Shown piece after piece: positions 1 to 14,200 of a stretch of DNA of 64,000 nucleotides. Made by a program: the position numbers and the translations under genes. Origin of the DNA: Octopus sinensis (Eukaryota); contig NC_042998.1 of NCBI RefSeq assembly GCF_006345805.1, forward strand, positions 185,318,001 to 185,382,000, given 5' to 3'. A model generated the notes under the pieces. That model was not told where the DNA came from, ran no database searches, and saw nothing but the letters and a program-made list of their open reading frames with translations. Position 1 is the first letter of the stretch; each line of letters opens with the position of its first letter.

Positions 1-129
1 ACACACACACACACATGCAGAGCAGTCAATTAGACCTACCAAATCAATACATTACTCACATCAGATGCACACAAAGGTGCAGTCACACTGCTAATCTAAC
101 ACACAGGTGTAACAACATTCTCTCTCTCT

Positions 130-400
130 ATCCGCTCAGTTGAAGTCGACTCTCGGTCACTCATTGGATCAGTGTCCTCCAGTCAGTTCTATCCTGGGCC
201 GCTTCTTTCAGATTGGCTATGTCCATTCCGGTATCACTCCTGATGGTTTCAAGCCAGCGGGTTCTTGGTCGGCCTCTTCCTCTCTTGCCACTGATCATTG
301 TGAGCATGATGTCCTTCTCCAGGGATTTTCTCCACATAATATGACCGAAATATGCCAATCTACGCTTGGTGATCCCAGCTTAATATTTTCCAAATAATGA
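130..400 (-). mobile_element. RTE-clade LINE 3' fragment
   Basis: ORF 161..358, YFGHIM...GKRGRGRPRTRWL...AAQDRTDWR, is a typical RTE reverse-transcriptase C-terminus. Confidence 0.85.
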
Positions 401-469
401 TGATTCGAGGAATGAAAGTAAATATCTCCAAATATATCAAAAATAAAAACTAACAAAAAAATTACTTAC

Positions 470-580
470 TTCCATATAAGCAGTATGAAGCAGAAAGCGA
501 GAAGGTGCAAGATAATATTTCATATCCTGCATGAAGCATCGAAATGCTGGACAGTTTTCTATTTTCAAGGCCGCTGATGC
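470..580 (-). CDS. DUF885 exon [37 protein letters not shown]
   Basis: Acceptor TTTCCCTTCAG, donor GTAAG, 111 nt, phase 0-0. Confidence 0.92.
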
Positions 581-3500
581 CTGAAGGGAAAAAAATAAAA
601 TTGGAGAAAATCAGAATAGCATTAATAAAACGCATGTTACAAATAAGAGATCCGTGCAGTTGCTAGAAATTAATAGCCAAGTCTCCTTCAATTTCAATAC
701 TGCCCTCTTAGAAATGGAAGGATATATTGTCTACTGTCATCCAGAGAATACCAAACCTGGAACAAAAGATAGAATGGTCTTGACCAGAATATCTTTGATT
801 ATATGGCTGTTTGATCAGAAGTGAGTTGAGGCTAAACAACAACTCTAGTTGTGGAAGCACTCCGTCGGTTACGACGATGAGAGTTCCGGTTGATCCAAAT
901 CAACGGAACAGCCTGTTCGTGAAATTAACGTGTAAGTGGCTGAGCACTCCACAGACACGTGCACCCTTAACGTAGTTCTCGGGGATATTCAGTGTGACAC
1001 AGAGAGTGACAAGGCCGGCCCCTTGAAATACAGGTACAACAGAAACAGGAAGTAAGAGTGAGAGAAAGTTGTGGTGAAAGAGTACAGCAGAGATCACCAC
1101 CATCCCCTGCCGGAGCCTCGTGGAACTTTTAGGTGTTTTCGCTCAATAAACACTCACAACGCCCGGTCTGGGAATCAAAACCGCGATCCTATGACCGCAA
1201 GTCCGCTGCCCTAACCACTGGGCCACAACTCTAGTTACCATGATGGGAACTTCAACACAGGTTATCCACTCTGAACAATATAGTAGCTAAATATGTTTTA
1301 ACAGCCTCGGAGGTAAGAAAGCTCACTTGCGAGATAGAAATGCAGATCTCCATATTACTGACCTTACAAAAATCATACCTAGGGTAATGAGAAGATACTC
1401 AATCAACATAGTAGTTATTTATATATTAATTGCACTTACAACATGCTTAGCATCACAGGAACCAGTAGGCTGGAAAACCATCAAGATGGCTGTGGAGGCA
1501 GCAGAGGTAACTGTGGATCAGGCGGTGCAAGCACTGGAAGGCGTAGTGTTACCAGAGATAGTGCTAATTGGACACAAGCTCTGAAGGCTTGATCAACCTC
1601 AGTCGGGTCACCCAGGAGAAGGCGTCTGATGTCAAATGATCCAAAACACATAATGACCCAAGAAAACATCACTGATGATGTGTCTAGGTGCATCACAAGA
1701 TGATGTATGGAAAAATTGAAATTTGAAATTGTCTCCCCTACTTTTTCTGACCACAATTAGTCATTCAGATAACGATAATTTTCAACACTAATTAAAATTT
1801 CTAATCCTAACCTTAACTGCATTAAGTCAGAAATGTTGCTCTTTAGTAGGCTGGGACACATCTTCAGAACATTCCTAACTTGTAAAAGCGAGGATCACAT
1901 TTTTACACTCACATCATAAATTTCTATGTATTCTATTACCTTCCAAGTTTCAGTTTGACCAGCTGACTCTTAGTTAAGAGGATCTCTATGAACTTTTCAG
2001 AATCTTCATATCTAAGATGACTCTGTATTTAACACTCTTGCACAAAAAGTCACCCATTTTCTCTCCAACTCTATACAAAAACTCTTCTCAAACTCTCCTT
2101 CCTGGCCTCATCTATTTTATCAACATGAGCACACATGTGCTCATCATCATCATCATAGTTTAACGTCCGTTTTCCATGCTAGCACAGGTTGGACGGTTCA
2201 ACCGGGGTCTGGGAAGCCTGGAGGCTGCACCAGGCTCCAGTCTGATCTGGCAGTGTTTCTACAGCTGGATGCCCTTCCTAATGCCAACCACTCCATGAGT
2301 GTATTGGGTGCTTTTTACATGCCACCAACACAGGTGCCAGGGGAGGCTGGCAGCGGCCACGATTGGTTGGTGCTTTTTACGTGCCACCAGCACTGAAGCC
2401 AGTCAAGGCGGTGCTAGCATCGGCCATGTTCGGATGGTGTTTTTTACATGCCACAGTGCACAACTGCTCCAATATATGAAAATATGTGACAGTGTATCTC
2501 AACTTGATAAAAAGAATCTATCTACAATTCATTGCCTTTAATTTCCAACATCTCAAAGGTGATGAAAAGTCATACACAACTATTGCCTTTATAATTTGAA
2601 TCTCTTTCCTTTCTTAATGCTCATCAGCATGGTTTCTACTGCAGACCTGCTTTCTCTATCTTACCTTTGAGGATTTGGGCACCACCAATGATGTTGTCCC
2701 TGACATCATCAAAGCTTTTGACTATATGTGACACATGAACACCCAACTTAAGTTGCCCACATATACACTCCATCAGTTCTTACCCCTTGGATTTATGTCC
2801 CATGTCTCCATCAACCAGGTGGAAAAACTAAAGTACTGAATTGCATTTAATCATTTAATTTGATATCTACACATCATATACCTGCTCAGTCAAGGTTAAC
2901 AGGAGCTGCACTACAAAGCCACCACCACCAACAATAACACAGTTAACTGAAGATACCCAACAATAATACCACCACCACATACATTAAGACCTTCACAACT
3001 AATTCTCATGGTTCTAGGATGAATATCAAGATTTAAGTTCAAAAAGTGTATGGTTATTACAGGAACTGGTATGATGCTTGTGCTGTGTAAATACCATTAC
3101 TGGGATCTGACTCAGTTATAATCTTTATATATAAAAGTAAGGTTGTGTGTCTGTCTCCTATGATTTAGATTCCTAACTACTCCCACATTTTGCGGTGCAG
3201 TTTAACCAAAACCGGGTATCTTATAGTTGTGATTCATATCGAGCCCTTCTGGGTATTAGCGCGCGTCTACGATGAGTCTACGATTTAAAAAAAAATTCAC
3301 CATCATTTTTTTCTATTTTAATGCATTTTTTTCGCTAAGGGAAGTAACTCTCTAAAAATGTCTACGATTAGTCAACGATTTTTTAAAAAATTTACCATCA
3401 TTTTTTTTCCATTTTTAATGCATTTTTTGCTATTTTTTTGCTATAACTCTCTAAAAATGCTTATATAGTTATTTCCCTTACAAACCTGAGCAACGCCGGG

Positions 3501-5471
3501 CGATACTGCTAGTTGCTTATAAAATTATTTTTCAAAAAATATCTAAGTTAATATTTAACTTTAAGATACTAATTCTCTCAAATTATCAAAGAATGTTGGA
3601 TTTACTAGAACTTCTCTCCAATCTGAAAATTTTAGATAAAACTAACCTGGGTATGATGACCAGGAATTCCTTCATGTAAACATAAGGCAGGTATTTCATA
3701 TTTAGGGCTACAAAGAAAAAAATTTGAAATATATTTAGAAGAAAATAATCAGACATTTTAAGAAGAATTACACTTTTCTTTTGTTTGACCAGGGAAATGG
3801 AAGTGAATATACAACAGAATAAAATTTTCGAATAGTTTATAGGCAAACATTCATCAATAGATTTAACCAATAAATATATCTTTCTTTTTAAAAAACAATC
3901 ATCCTTCTACAATCAATTAAAAAGTAATTGTTTATTCACCCAATGCATCATCATCACCATCATTTAACGTCTGCTTTCCATGCTAGCATGGGTTGGACGA
4001 TTTTGACTGAGGGCTGGCGAACCAGATGGCTGCACCAGGCTCCAATCTTGATTTGGCAGAGTTTCTACAGCTGGATGCCCTTCCTTATGCCAACCACTCC
4101 GTGAGTGTAGAGGGTGCTTTTTACGTGCCACTGGCATAGGGGCCAGTCAGGCGGTACTGGTAATGACCTCGCTCAAATCTTTTTACACATGCCACCGGCA
4201 CAGGTGCCAGTAAGGTGATGTTGGCAACGATCAAGCTTGAATGGTGCCCTTTTACGTGCCACCGGCACGGAAGCCAGTTGGCTGCTCTGGCAACGATCAC
4301 GCTCAAGTATGATATGATAAATTTATCATACTCAAGCATGAGTATGATAAATAGAGTCAGTTACTTGATCAGTTCTAAACTAGGTTATCTGTTAATTAGT
4401 GATTAGTCATACTGACTCCTGTGAATGATAATTCAGAGACTTACACTTTTCTCAAATTTTTTAGTGGAACAAGTGAAGTAGCAACAAACAAGGGTTAAAC
4501 ATGGCAACAGACTCAGATTTGCTGGTGCATGTCTCAGTGGTTAGAGCGTCAGGCTCCCAATCATGAGAGAGTGAATTTGATTCCTGGACCAGGCTGCGTG
4601 TTGTGTTCTTGAGCAAGACACTTTATTTCACATTGCTCCAGTTCATTCATCTGTAGAAATGAGTTGCGACGTCAATGGTGCCAAGCTGTATCGGCCTTTG
4701 TCTCTCCCTTGAATAACGTCAGTGGCATAGAGACGGGAGGCTGGTATGCATGGACGCCTACTGGTCTTCTATAAACAACATTACCCAGACTTGTGCCTCA
4801 GAGGGGAACTTTCTATGTGCTATCCCATGGTCATTCATGACCAAAACGGGGTTCTTTTACCACTTATACACTAGTGCTTGCTATACAGTAGTTACTCCAT
4901 ACTAATTTACTATTTCACATAATTTATTCTCAAAGATAATAGTAGTAGCAATAACACACTTATATTAGAAAAATATCCAGTAAACTTTCATATGTAACTT
5001 TAAAAATTGAGGAATAAATAGCTGGGTATCAAAAAGAAATTAAGAAACATAAATTCTTACCTGACATCAAATTTACTGGTGTTGATCATATAAGTGCCCA
5101 TTCGGGAGCCATCTGGTGTTCCAGCCAAGTAGAAAGCAGCTGGAGAACTATCCATACCTTCAGGAGTAGGCTTGATTCTTTCAAGGTGAAGAGAAGAATA
5201 GAGGACAAGAAAATAAATTTATATGTGTTGGGTTGCTGTTTTTTTTTTCTCATATTTTTATATGTGATTACTCTTTTACACATTTCAGTCATTTGATTGT
5301 GGCCATGCTGGAGCACCGCCTTTAGCAGAAGAAATCGACTCCAGGACTTATTCTTTGTAAACCTAGTACTTATTCTATCGGTATCTTTTGCCAAACCGTT
5401 AAGTTTTGAGGACATAAACATACCAGCATCGGTTCTTGAGCAATGGTGAGGGGACAAACATAGATACAAAG

Positions 5472-5517
<46 letters not shown>

Positions 5518-8500
5518 CAGCCTTCTTTCAGTTTTCATCTACCAAATCCACTCACAAGGCTTTGGTTGACCCAAGGCTTTAGTAGAAGACACTTGCCTAA
5601 GGTGCCATGCTGTGGGACTGAACCCAGGACCACGTGGTTGGGAAGCAAGCTTCTTACCACACAGCCACGCCTGCACCTATCTATATTGGAAAAGTAACAT
5701 GTTTCTAGTTTTACAAATATTGTTAAATGAGAATACTAATTAAGCAATGTTAATGATGGAGTAGATCTTTATTGAACTCAAAAGCTTATGACTCAGAGGA
5801 GAGAAAATCATCATCATCATCATTATCATTTAATGTCCGCTTTCCATGCTAGCATGGGTTGGACGATTTTGACTGAGGGCTGGCAAACCAGATGGCTGCA
5901 CCTGGCTTCAATTTTGATCTGGTAGAGTTTCAACACCTGAATGCCCTTCCTAACGCCAACCACTCCGAGAGTGTAGTGGGTGTTTTTACGTGCCACCTGC
6001 ACGGGAGCCAGTCAGGCGGTACTGGCAATAACCTTGCTCAAATCTTTTTAGACATGCTACCGGCAGTAAGGCAATGTTGGTAACGATCACGCTCGAATGG
6101 TGCCTTTTATGTGCCACCAGCACAGAAGCCTGTTAGCTGCTCTGGCACCGGATCTTTAATGAACATGCTTTTTTTTTTTCAATGATATCAATGGCATAAG
6201 TGAGAGTTGCTCATATGTCATAGAATTTTAATTGTCATGCCTAGTACCTTGCAAAGTAAATAATATATGCTGACTGAACACTTTGTAGGGACAGTAAAAA
6301 GCTATCAACAATCAAAAGTTACCAAATTTCAAAAATATGTAAGATACACCATTACCAAGAAATTTCAAAATATTTATCCATTTCTTTAAATTTAAGAAGT
6401 AAGCTATGTTTACAAAACTTTGTTGTCCAACCCATCCCAGCGTGAAAAACAGATATGAATGGACAGTATTGACAACGACGGCTCAAAGAAACCTTTGAGT
6501 CTAACCATAATATAATACTGTAAATCCTCGAGTATAATCTGCCCTTGAGTATAATACGCAGGGTATTTTTAGAGGGGTGTACCTCTGAAAAATCTAAACA
6601 TTGTGTATAACACGCACCCCTTCTCTAACTTGAGTCGTGTGTAATTAAGCCAGCAGCACCTAGTCGAACAAACACTTCCACGCATGCGTAATACAATAAT
6701 GGTGATGTTCTTAACTGTTATATGGGAATGTAAATGTTTGCAAATTGTGTTTGTTACATGATATTCTGTGTTCTGAATACTTTTATTTTAATAAATGTTG
6801 CTTACTGCAAGTTATGGATGATCCCTTTATGACTTCATTGCTTTTAGGCTTAGCTTAAGGGATTTTTGCGCCCTACATCACAAAATGCATTTGAATAAAC
6901 ATTGCCAGACAGCAAATAGAGACTCGGACATTGCCTAGAAAATAATTTTCATTTTTAACCTCATATATAGTACGCACTAGGGATTTTGACCTTTAAATTT
7001 TGGGGAAAAAAATGTGGATTATACTCGAGGATTTATGGTATATATTTTTCAGAATTATAGTTTTCTGCTCTATAAATCTGGTAGATAATCTACACCTCAT
7101 CCATTTGATACAACTAGATTACACTTGGTATATTTCCTATGTTTTCTATTACAATTAAACAGAAATGTTTCTTTCTGGCATATTGAAAAATAACCTTTAT
7201 AATATTTTGGCTCATAGCCACAAACAGAATTTGATATTCAAATTTCAAATGACATTCTTTTAAAATGGAAAATAGTGGATGCATATACTAGCTAGTGTTG
7301 AAAATAGCAATCACAATTGCTCACTGACTGACTTATTTCCCATCCTCTCTCTTTCCCTAGCACAACATGCATCCACCCTTCATTTGTTCTATACTCCCTC
7401 TGCCACAAAACTTCATCACTGCTTCCTTGTTGTATCCATACTTTCACTTATTTTCTCAAGAGCTCACGTGACCATGAGCAAATACAATCACCCAGCAACT
7501 TGCTCACCCTTGACCCAGTTTAATATCTTGGATATGACAGCTAAGGAGAGAAAGTGTTGCACCAGTACTAGACTGGTACTCCTTTTTTTAACTCAGTGGG
7601 CTGGAGCAACATAAAACAAAATGCCTTGCTCAAAGATGCAATGCCTGCTTTTATATATAGAACACTCTTTTTTTTTTTAAGAAGTTTAAATAATCTTTAA
7701 AAAATTGGAAAGCAGGAATAATTAAAAGACAAAATTTAGTTCTACTTACATCATTTCTATGTCTGGAAGATCTTTAAAATACTTTGGAATTAGGGGCATG
7801 ATTTCATCCTCACAAATTTTCTTGACATATTCTAATAATTCTTCCTGAAATGAGAAAGAGCCTAGCCTTAGCATCAGAGCTAACACATCAAAGAACAAAT
7901 GTTAAATCACTTATCAAATACTAATGATGATGATGATGATGATAACACTGAAAATGATAATAGAATAACAAGGAGAAGAAAGATGGTGGATATCACATCC
8001 TAACCAACTGCATATCTATAGGTGATATGAGTACCATCAGATAACATACAAATACAACCTAACACAGCGTGCTTCCTCACAAACTTCACTTACCAATAAG
8101 CCTGACTGCTATTACTATATTAGGAACAAAAGCAGCTGAGAAGAGCCCTGGGCTGGCTATATACATACATGTTACATTAAAAATATAAATATTAACAGGT
8201 AACAAAAACATCAATTATAATGAAGTTGATGTTGCTACTCCTTAGTCCAAAGTCAGTCCTGATAGAGTAGCCCAAATTCAATGGTATGACCATCCTGACA
8301 TTTCTCAAGAATAGTAGCCTGGACAATAATATCTACTATATCTATTAGTTTTTTTGTTTTTGTTTTTTTTGTAGGACGGTATGGATCATTTAAAGGAAAT
8401 CTGGCTGCTGTTTTTAGCAAGGTGAAGGACTAGTTAAAGGCTCCATCAGCTCATCAATGAGTAGCATGAGTAGCAATGAGATTATACAATGAGGGTTAGC

Positions 8501-11252
8501 TGAAAAGTTCATAGGCTGACCAAATGAGGTTTATTTTTCAACATAGCTCCATTTGCAGTCCACACACTTCTTCCATTGCCATTGCATTGTTGTAATCCCA
8601 TTAGTGAAGAAGCTTTCATCCTGTTGGTCAAAAAAGGTAACAACAGCAGATATGACATCCTCACTATTGTAATATGCATTCACAGCCAAAAGTTTTCTCA
8701 TGTTGGGGAACGGATGATAATCAGATGGGGCCAAATCAGGATAGTGGGGGAAGTGGTCAACCCATTCAAAGCCAAGTCATGCACAGCAACCAATGTTGCA
8801 GCACACAGCTTGTGTACTGCAGCATTATCTTGATGAAGAAGACACTTTTCATTAGATTTCCTGGGTGTTTGGTCTTAACAGTTTTTCATAAATGTCTCAG
8901 TGAGTTGGCTTTAATACTCTCCATTGAGGGTGTGGCCTTTTGAAGATAGTCAATAAACACAATGTCTTTTGCATCCCCAAAAAACTGACCTCATCAACAT
9001 TGCCATCAACCAGTTGTCATAGATTATTTAAAAAGAGAAAGAACCATAATTTTCAGCCACCATAATTTGCTGAATTTAAAAAAAAAAAATATCTACGGGA
9101 AGTAACTGAAATGGGCCACTGGTTTGAATTTAGATGATTAAATTGTAACAGGTTTCTTCTCAAATTTGATCTTGCAACATTTCTATCTGAATTATTACCA
9201 TGTTTGGTAATTTTTATCACAAATTACAATAAAACACTCATGCAATCATCCAGCATACCAGCTGATATACATTACAGCCAATCACATTTGGCAGCAGACA
9301 ACAAGAAAACCATTTGACTCCTGTGCTTGAGGAGACCTATTGAGTCAAGTACATCAACATCAAAAATCAATGGAAATTGTAGTTGTGATCCCTGTGCCAG
9401 TGGCACGTAAAAAGCACCATCCGAACGTGGCTGATGCCAGTGCCACCTTGACTGACTTTCGTGCCGGTGGCACGTAAAAAGCACCAATCCAATCGTGGCT
9501 GTTGCCAGCCTCGCCTGGCACCTGTGCCGGTGGCACGTAAAAAGCACCCACTACACTCATGGAGTGGTTGGTGTTAGGAAGGGCATCCAGCTGTAGAAAC
9601 ACTGCCAGATTAGATTGGAGCCTGGTGCAGCCTCCTGGCTTCTCAGCCCCCGGTCGGACTGTCCAACCCATGCTAGCATGGAAAATGGATGTTAAACGAT
9701 GATGATGATGATGCATAAATACAAAAGAACATTTTAAAAGTTTATTGTGAGATTGTATTAAACCATGATTTTAGCTCTCACCAGAGATCACTTTAGTCAC
9801 AGTTGGAGGTCAGGTTCACTCATTTGCTAACCAGTGTGTACTGGGTGCACTAGTACCAACACTGGAGGGATTGTCTCATTCATCAATCACTCTAGATGAT
9901 GTTTGTGGGAATGGTGGCTTTCTGCCATGGCCCCAACATATGAAGAGGATATGAAAGGGGTTACTATGTATTTATATGTAATCAACAACAATGCCATGCC
10001 TACCTTTGTTTGACAAAAGAATTCTTTCCTTGTCTTAAGTATTTGACTACATTCTTTCATGTCCAATGGAAGATTCTCAGCCTTGTAGATTTTCATAATT
10101 TCGGATTTGATACGTTCAACTTCCGACAGCCCAAGCTTGTGGATCTCTTCAGGACTCAGGTTGGATGATGTATGGAAACGGACACAAGCATCATAAAACT
10201 CCTTCCCGTTTGGCAAATAACAGGCACCGGGTTCTTGGCGGGAATGTTTCAGGTATACCTTGAGTAAAACATAAACCAACAATTAAGAACCATCACAATT
10301 TTTTTTTTTAATTACAAAATGAAATGGAAATACACTTGCAATACAACCACACTTACATAGACATGCAATAAAATTTTTATATATTTCACATTTATTACCC
10401 AACATAAACTCTCTCTATCTCTCTCTCTCTTTCTCTCTCCGTGAGAGAGAGAGAGCAAGGTAGGCAGGCAATAAAACTGTAGCAGGAAGGTATAGGGTTA
10501 TAAGGCCCAGCTATAATACCTAAATTATAAGAAGTTGGAGAAGAGGACAACAATTGAATGTTTGTGAGAGCTAACCAATGAGAACCACAAACCAGCTTTG
10601 TAGATGGAAAATGCACTGGAACTAAAGAAATAGTAAGTGATACACTACAATGGTGAAATGTACAATAGAGCCATAAAATCTAGGTTTGTCAAGAGCAGGG
10701 TGGAGAGTGAAGAGAGTAAGGAACAGTAGCAGATAGCTAGAAGGAAAGCTATGTGTCAAATAACTTGAGCTTAAGAAGTTTTCCATTCTACTCTCTGTGA
10801 GGACCAGGAGTACAACTGAGGTTTTCTAGACTACAAAGCAATCCATCAGAGTAAGTTAGGGTGTCATTGGCAAAAGTATATGTAGAATAATTGTGGAACA
10901 CATGTCCAGATCAACATTGACAAGAAGCAGAGAAGCAATATTACAAGCAATTTTACAAGCACCTGTTCTTACAAGAAGCAGAGCTATTTATTGTGTAACA
11001 TAAATATGACAGTACCATTTCATTCAAATTATGTTATTGTTGTATACTGAAACTGTACACCCCTCCCAAAAAAGTGGTAGTAGCCAGCCATTATAAATAG
11101 ACTAGTAGCTGGTTGACAAAAAGGTCAGGTCAAAAGCACCTGTATACAACAATATACAACAATAACATAATTTGAATGAAATGGTGCTGTCATGTTTATG
11201 CTACACAATAAATAGCTCTGCTTCTTATAAGAACAGGTGGAATAAAAATCCC

Positions 11253-11283
<31 letters not shown>

Positions 11284-14200
11284 AACACATGCACACAACT
11301 GAAATGTTAAAGTTGTTCAGTTTTGATATTTTTTGCTTAAAAAAAAATGTGAAAATTTAATAACCCAAACATGTTTTTTTTTCTCTTGATGATGATTATC
11401 ACTTATAATAGCATGACTCTCATTCAACACTAGACACAGACTGTAACGGAGTATCCGGAAACTGAAAATATAAGCAATCCTACAGCATCAGGTGGCAACT
11501 ATCATGACCAGAAGGGACTCCTTGTAGCCAAGCTACATCAACATACTCAACAATGGAAATATTTTAAATCTTTCATTTACAGTTTTTACGCAAGCATTTA
11601 CAGCTGGTCAGACTAATTTTGTAACAACTACCACCCACTCTCATTATCATCTACTCAGTGCTTTCCACAGATAACACACTCTCTCCAAATAATCTACTTA
11701 GAACCAACTTGAAGATGGCTATGCTTCCAGCAAATATAAGTAGAAACAAAATGCTTGTGGATAGAAATGTCACCCGCCCACTTCTTGGTACTCTTAAAGC
11801 AACCTTATTTCAATTAAATAAAAACAGTTTTAAGGAGTGTTAGATTTTCAATTTAAAAAGGAGGAATGAAAAAATTAGCTATGCATCAAACATATCCTTT
11901 TACGAAGTGCCAGGTTTCTAAAGCTGATATTCATATCCTGATTACTAAACAGAATAGAAGCAAAGTTACTTGTTTCAGTCATTTGATTGGGGCCATGTTG
12001 GAGCACTGCCTTTTAGTCAAAGAAATTGACCCCTGGACTTATTCTTTGTAAGCCTGGTATTTATTCTATTGGTCTTTTCAGCCGAACTGCTAAGTTACGG
12101 GGGGACATAAACACACCAATATTGGTTGTCAAGTGATGCTGAGGGGGGGGGACAAACACATAAATATATACACACAAATACACACACAAACACACATATA
12201 TATAATTATAATAATAATAATAACAATAATAATAATAATAATAATAATAATAAGGAGTATAACTCCAAACTTACAGGGAAAAATTCAATTTTTTATTAAA
12301 TCAAATTTCACAATATAAATATATAATATATCTAAATTAGAGAAAAACCACTATTATATAGGCGCAGGAGTGGCTGTGTGGTAAGTAGCTTGCTAACCAA
12401 CCACATGGTTCCAGGTTCAGTCCCACTGCGTGGCATCTTGGGCAAGTGTCTTCTGCTATAGCCCCGGGCCGACCAAAGCCTTGTGAGTGGATTTGGTAGA
12501 CGGAAACTGAAAGAAGCCCGTCGTATATATGTATATATATGTGTGTATATGTTTGTGTGTCTGTGTTTGTCCCCCTAGCATTGCTTGACAACCGATGCTG
12601 GTGTGTTTACGTCCCCGTCACTTAGCGGTTCGGCAAAAGAGACCGATAGAATAAGTACTGGGCTTACAAAAGAATAAGTCCCGGGGTTGAGTTGCTCGAT
12701 TAAAGGCGGTGCTCCAGCATGGCCACAGTCAAATGACTGAAACAAGTAAAAAAAAAAAAAAAAAATATATAATTCAAACAATGATAGACATAAACCAAAT
12801 CATAAAGAAAAAATAAAATATATTATAAAACATTTAACTAGATCACAAAAAGTACTTGTTATATATTATATATTGTTTATTCATTTTTTTTGTACTTTTT
12901 GTGATCTAGTTATATGTTTTTTAATATATTTTATTTTTTTCTTTATGATTTGGTTTATGTCTATCATTGTTTGAATTACATAATAGTGATTTTTCGCTAA
13001 TATAAATATATATATATGACAGGCTTCTTTCAGTTTCTGTCTACCAAATCCACTCACAAGGTTTTGGTTAGCCCGAGGCTATAGTAGACAACATTTGCCC
13101 AAGGTGCCATGCAGTGGGACTGAACCCAGAACCATGTGGTTGGGAAGCATGCTTCGTACCACAAAGCCATAAATCTATTACAAGTAACTAAGAAATTTAC
13201 TTAACAGAAGTCTGCTACATATTTCCAAAGCTAGTAAACCATTGTAATGTAAAAATGGTAGAATGTGAACATGTACAAGGGGGTGCTGAAAAATTTCTGG
13301 TTTTAGGTAAAATAAAACAGTAATTATGATTTTATTCAACATATTATCGTTGCCAGAGCGGCTATCTGGCCTCCGTGCCGGTGGCACATAAAAGACACCA
13401 TTCGAGCGTGATCGTTACCAGCATCACCTTACTGGCACCTGTGCCGGTGGCATGTGTAAAAGATTCGAGCGAGGTTGTTGCCAGTACCGCCTGACTAGCC
13501 CCATGCCGGTGGCACGTAAAAGCACTAACTACACTCTCGGAGTGGTTGGCATTAGGAAGGGCATCCAACTGTAGAAACTCTGCCTGATCAAGATTGAAGC
13601 CTGGTGCAGCCATCTGGTTCGCAAGCCCTCAGTCAAAATCGTCCAACCCATGCTAGCATGGAAAGCGGACGTTAAACGATGATGATGATGATGATGATTT
13701 CCCTCTCAGATTCACACTTACTGCAATGGTTCTTCAATTTTTCTTAGCCCTGTCAAAGGACTCAGAAGGTTGGGTACCCAACCAGGTCTTTTGCAATATT
13801 CTTAAAGGCAGGAACTTTACACCATCCCCTCTTATGTTGATAGATTTTGATACATATCTACTTGACTCTTTTATAGATACTCTGGTTATGTAATGGCTTT
13901 TAGCATTTTGTCCAATATATTAGCATATTAGTGAGATCATTGCCAAAGCAACAAGCTGGCCTTCGTGTCGATGGCACATTAAAAACACCATTCGAGCGTG
14001 ATCGTTACCAGCGTCGCCTTACTAGCTCTTGTGCATATGAAAAAAACATTCGAGCAAGGTCGTTGCCAGTGCCGCTGGACTGGCTCCTGTGCAGGTGGCA
14101 CATAAAAAGCACCATTTGAGCATGGTCATTGCCAGTACTGCCTGACTGGCCCTCATGCCAGTGGAACGTAAAAGCACTCCCTACACTCTTGGAGTGGTTG

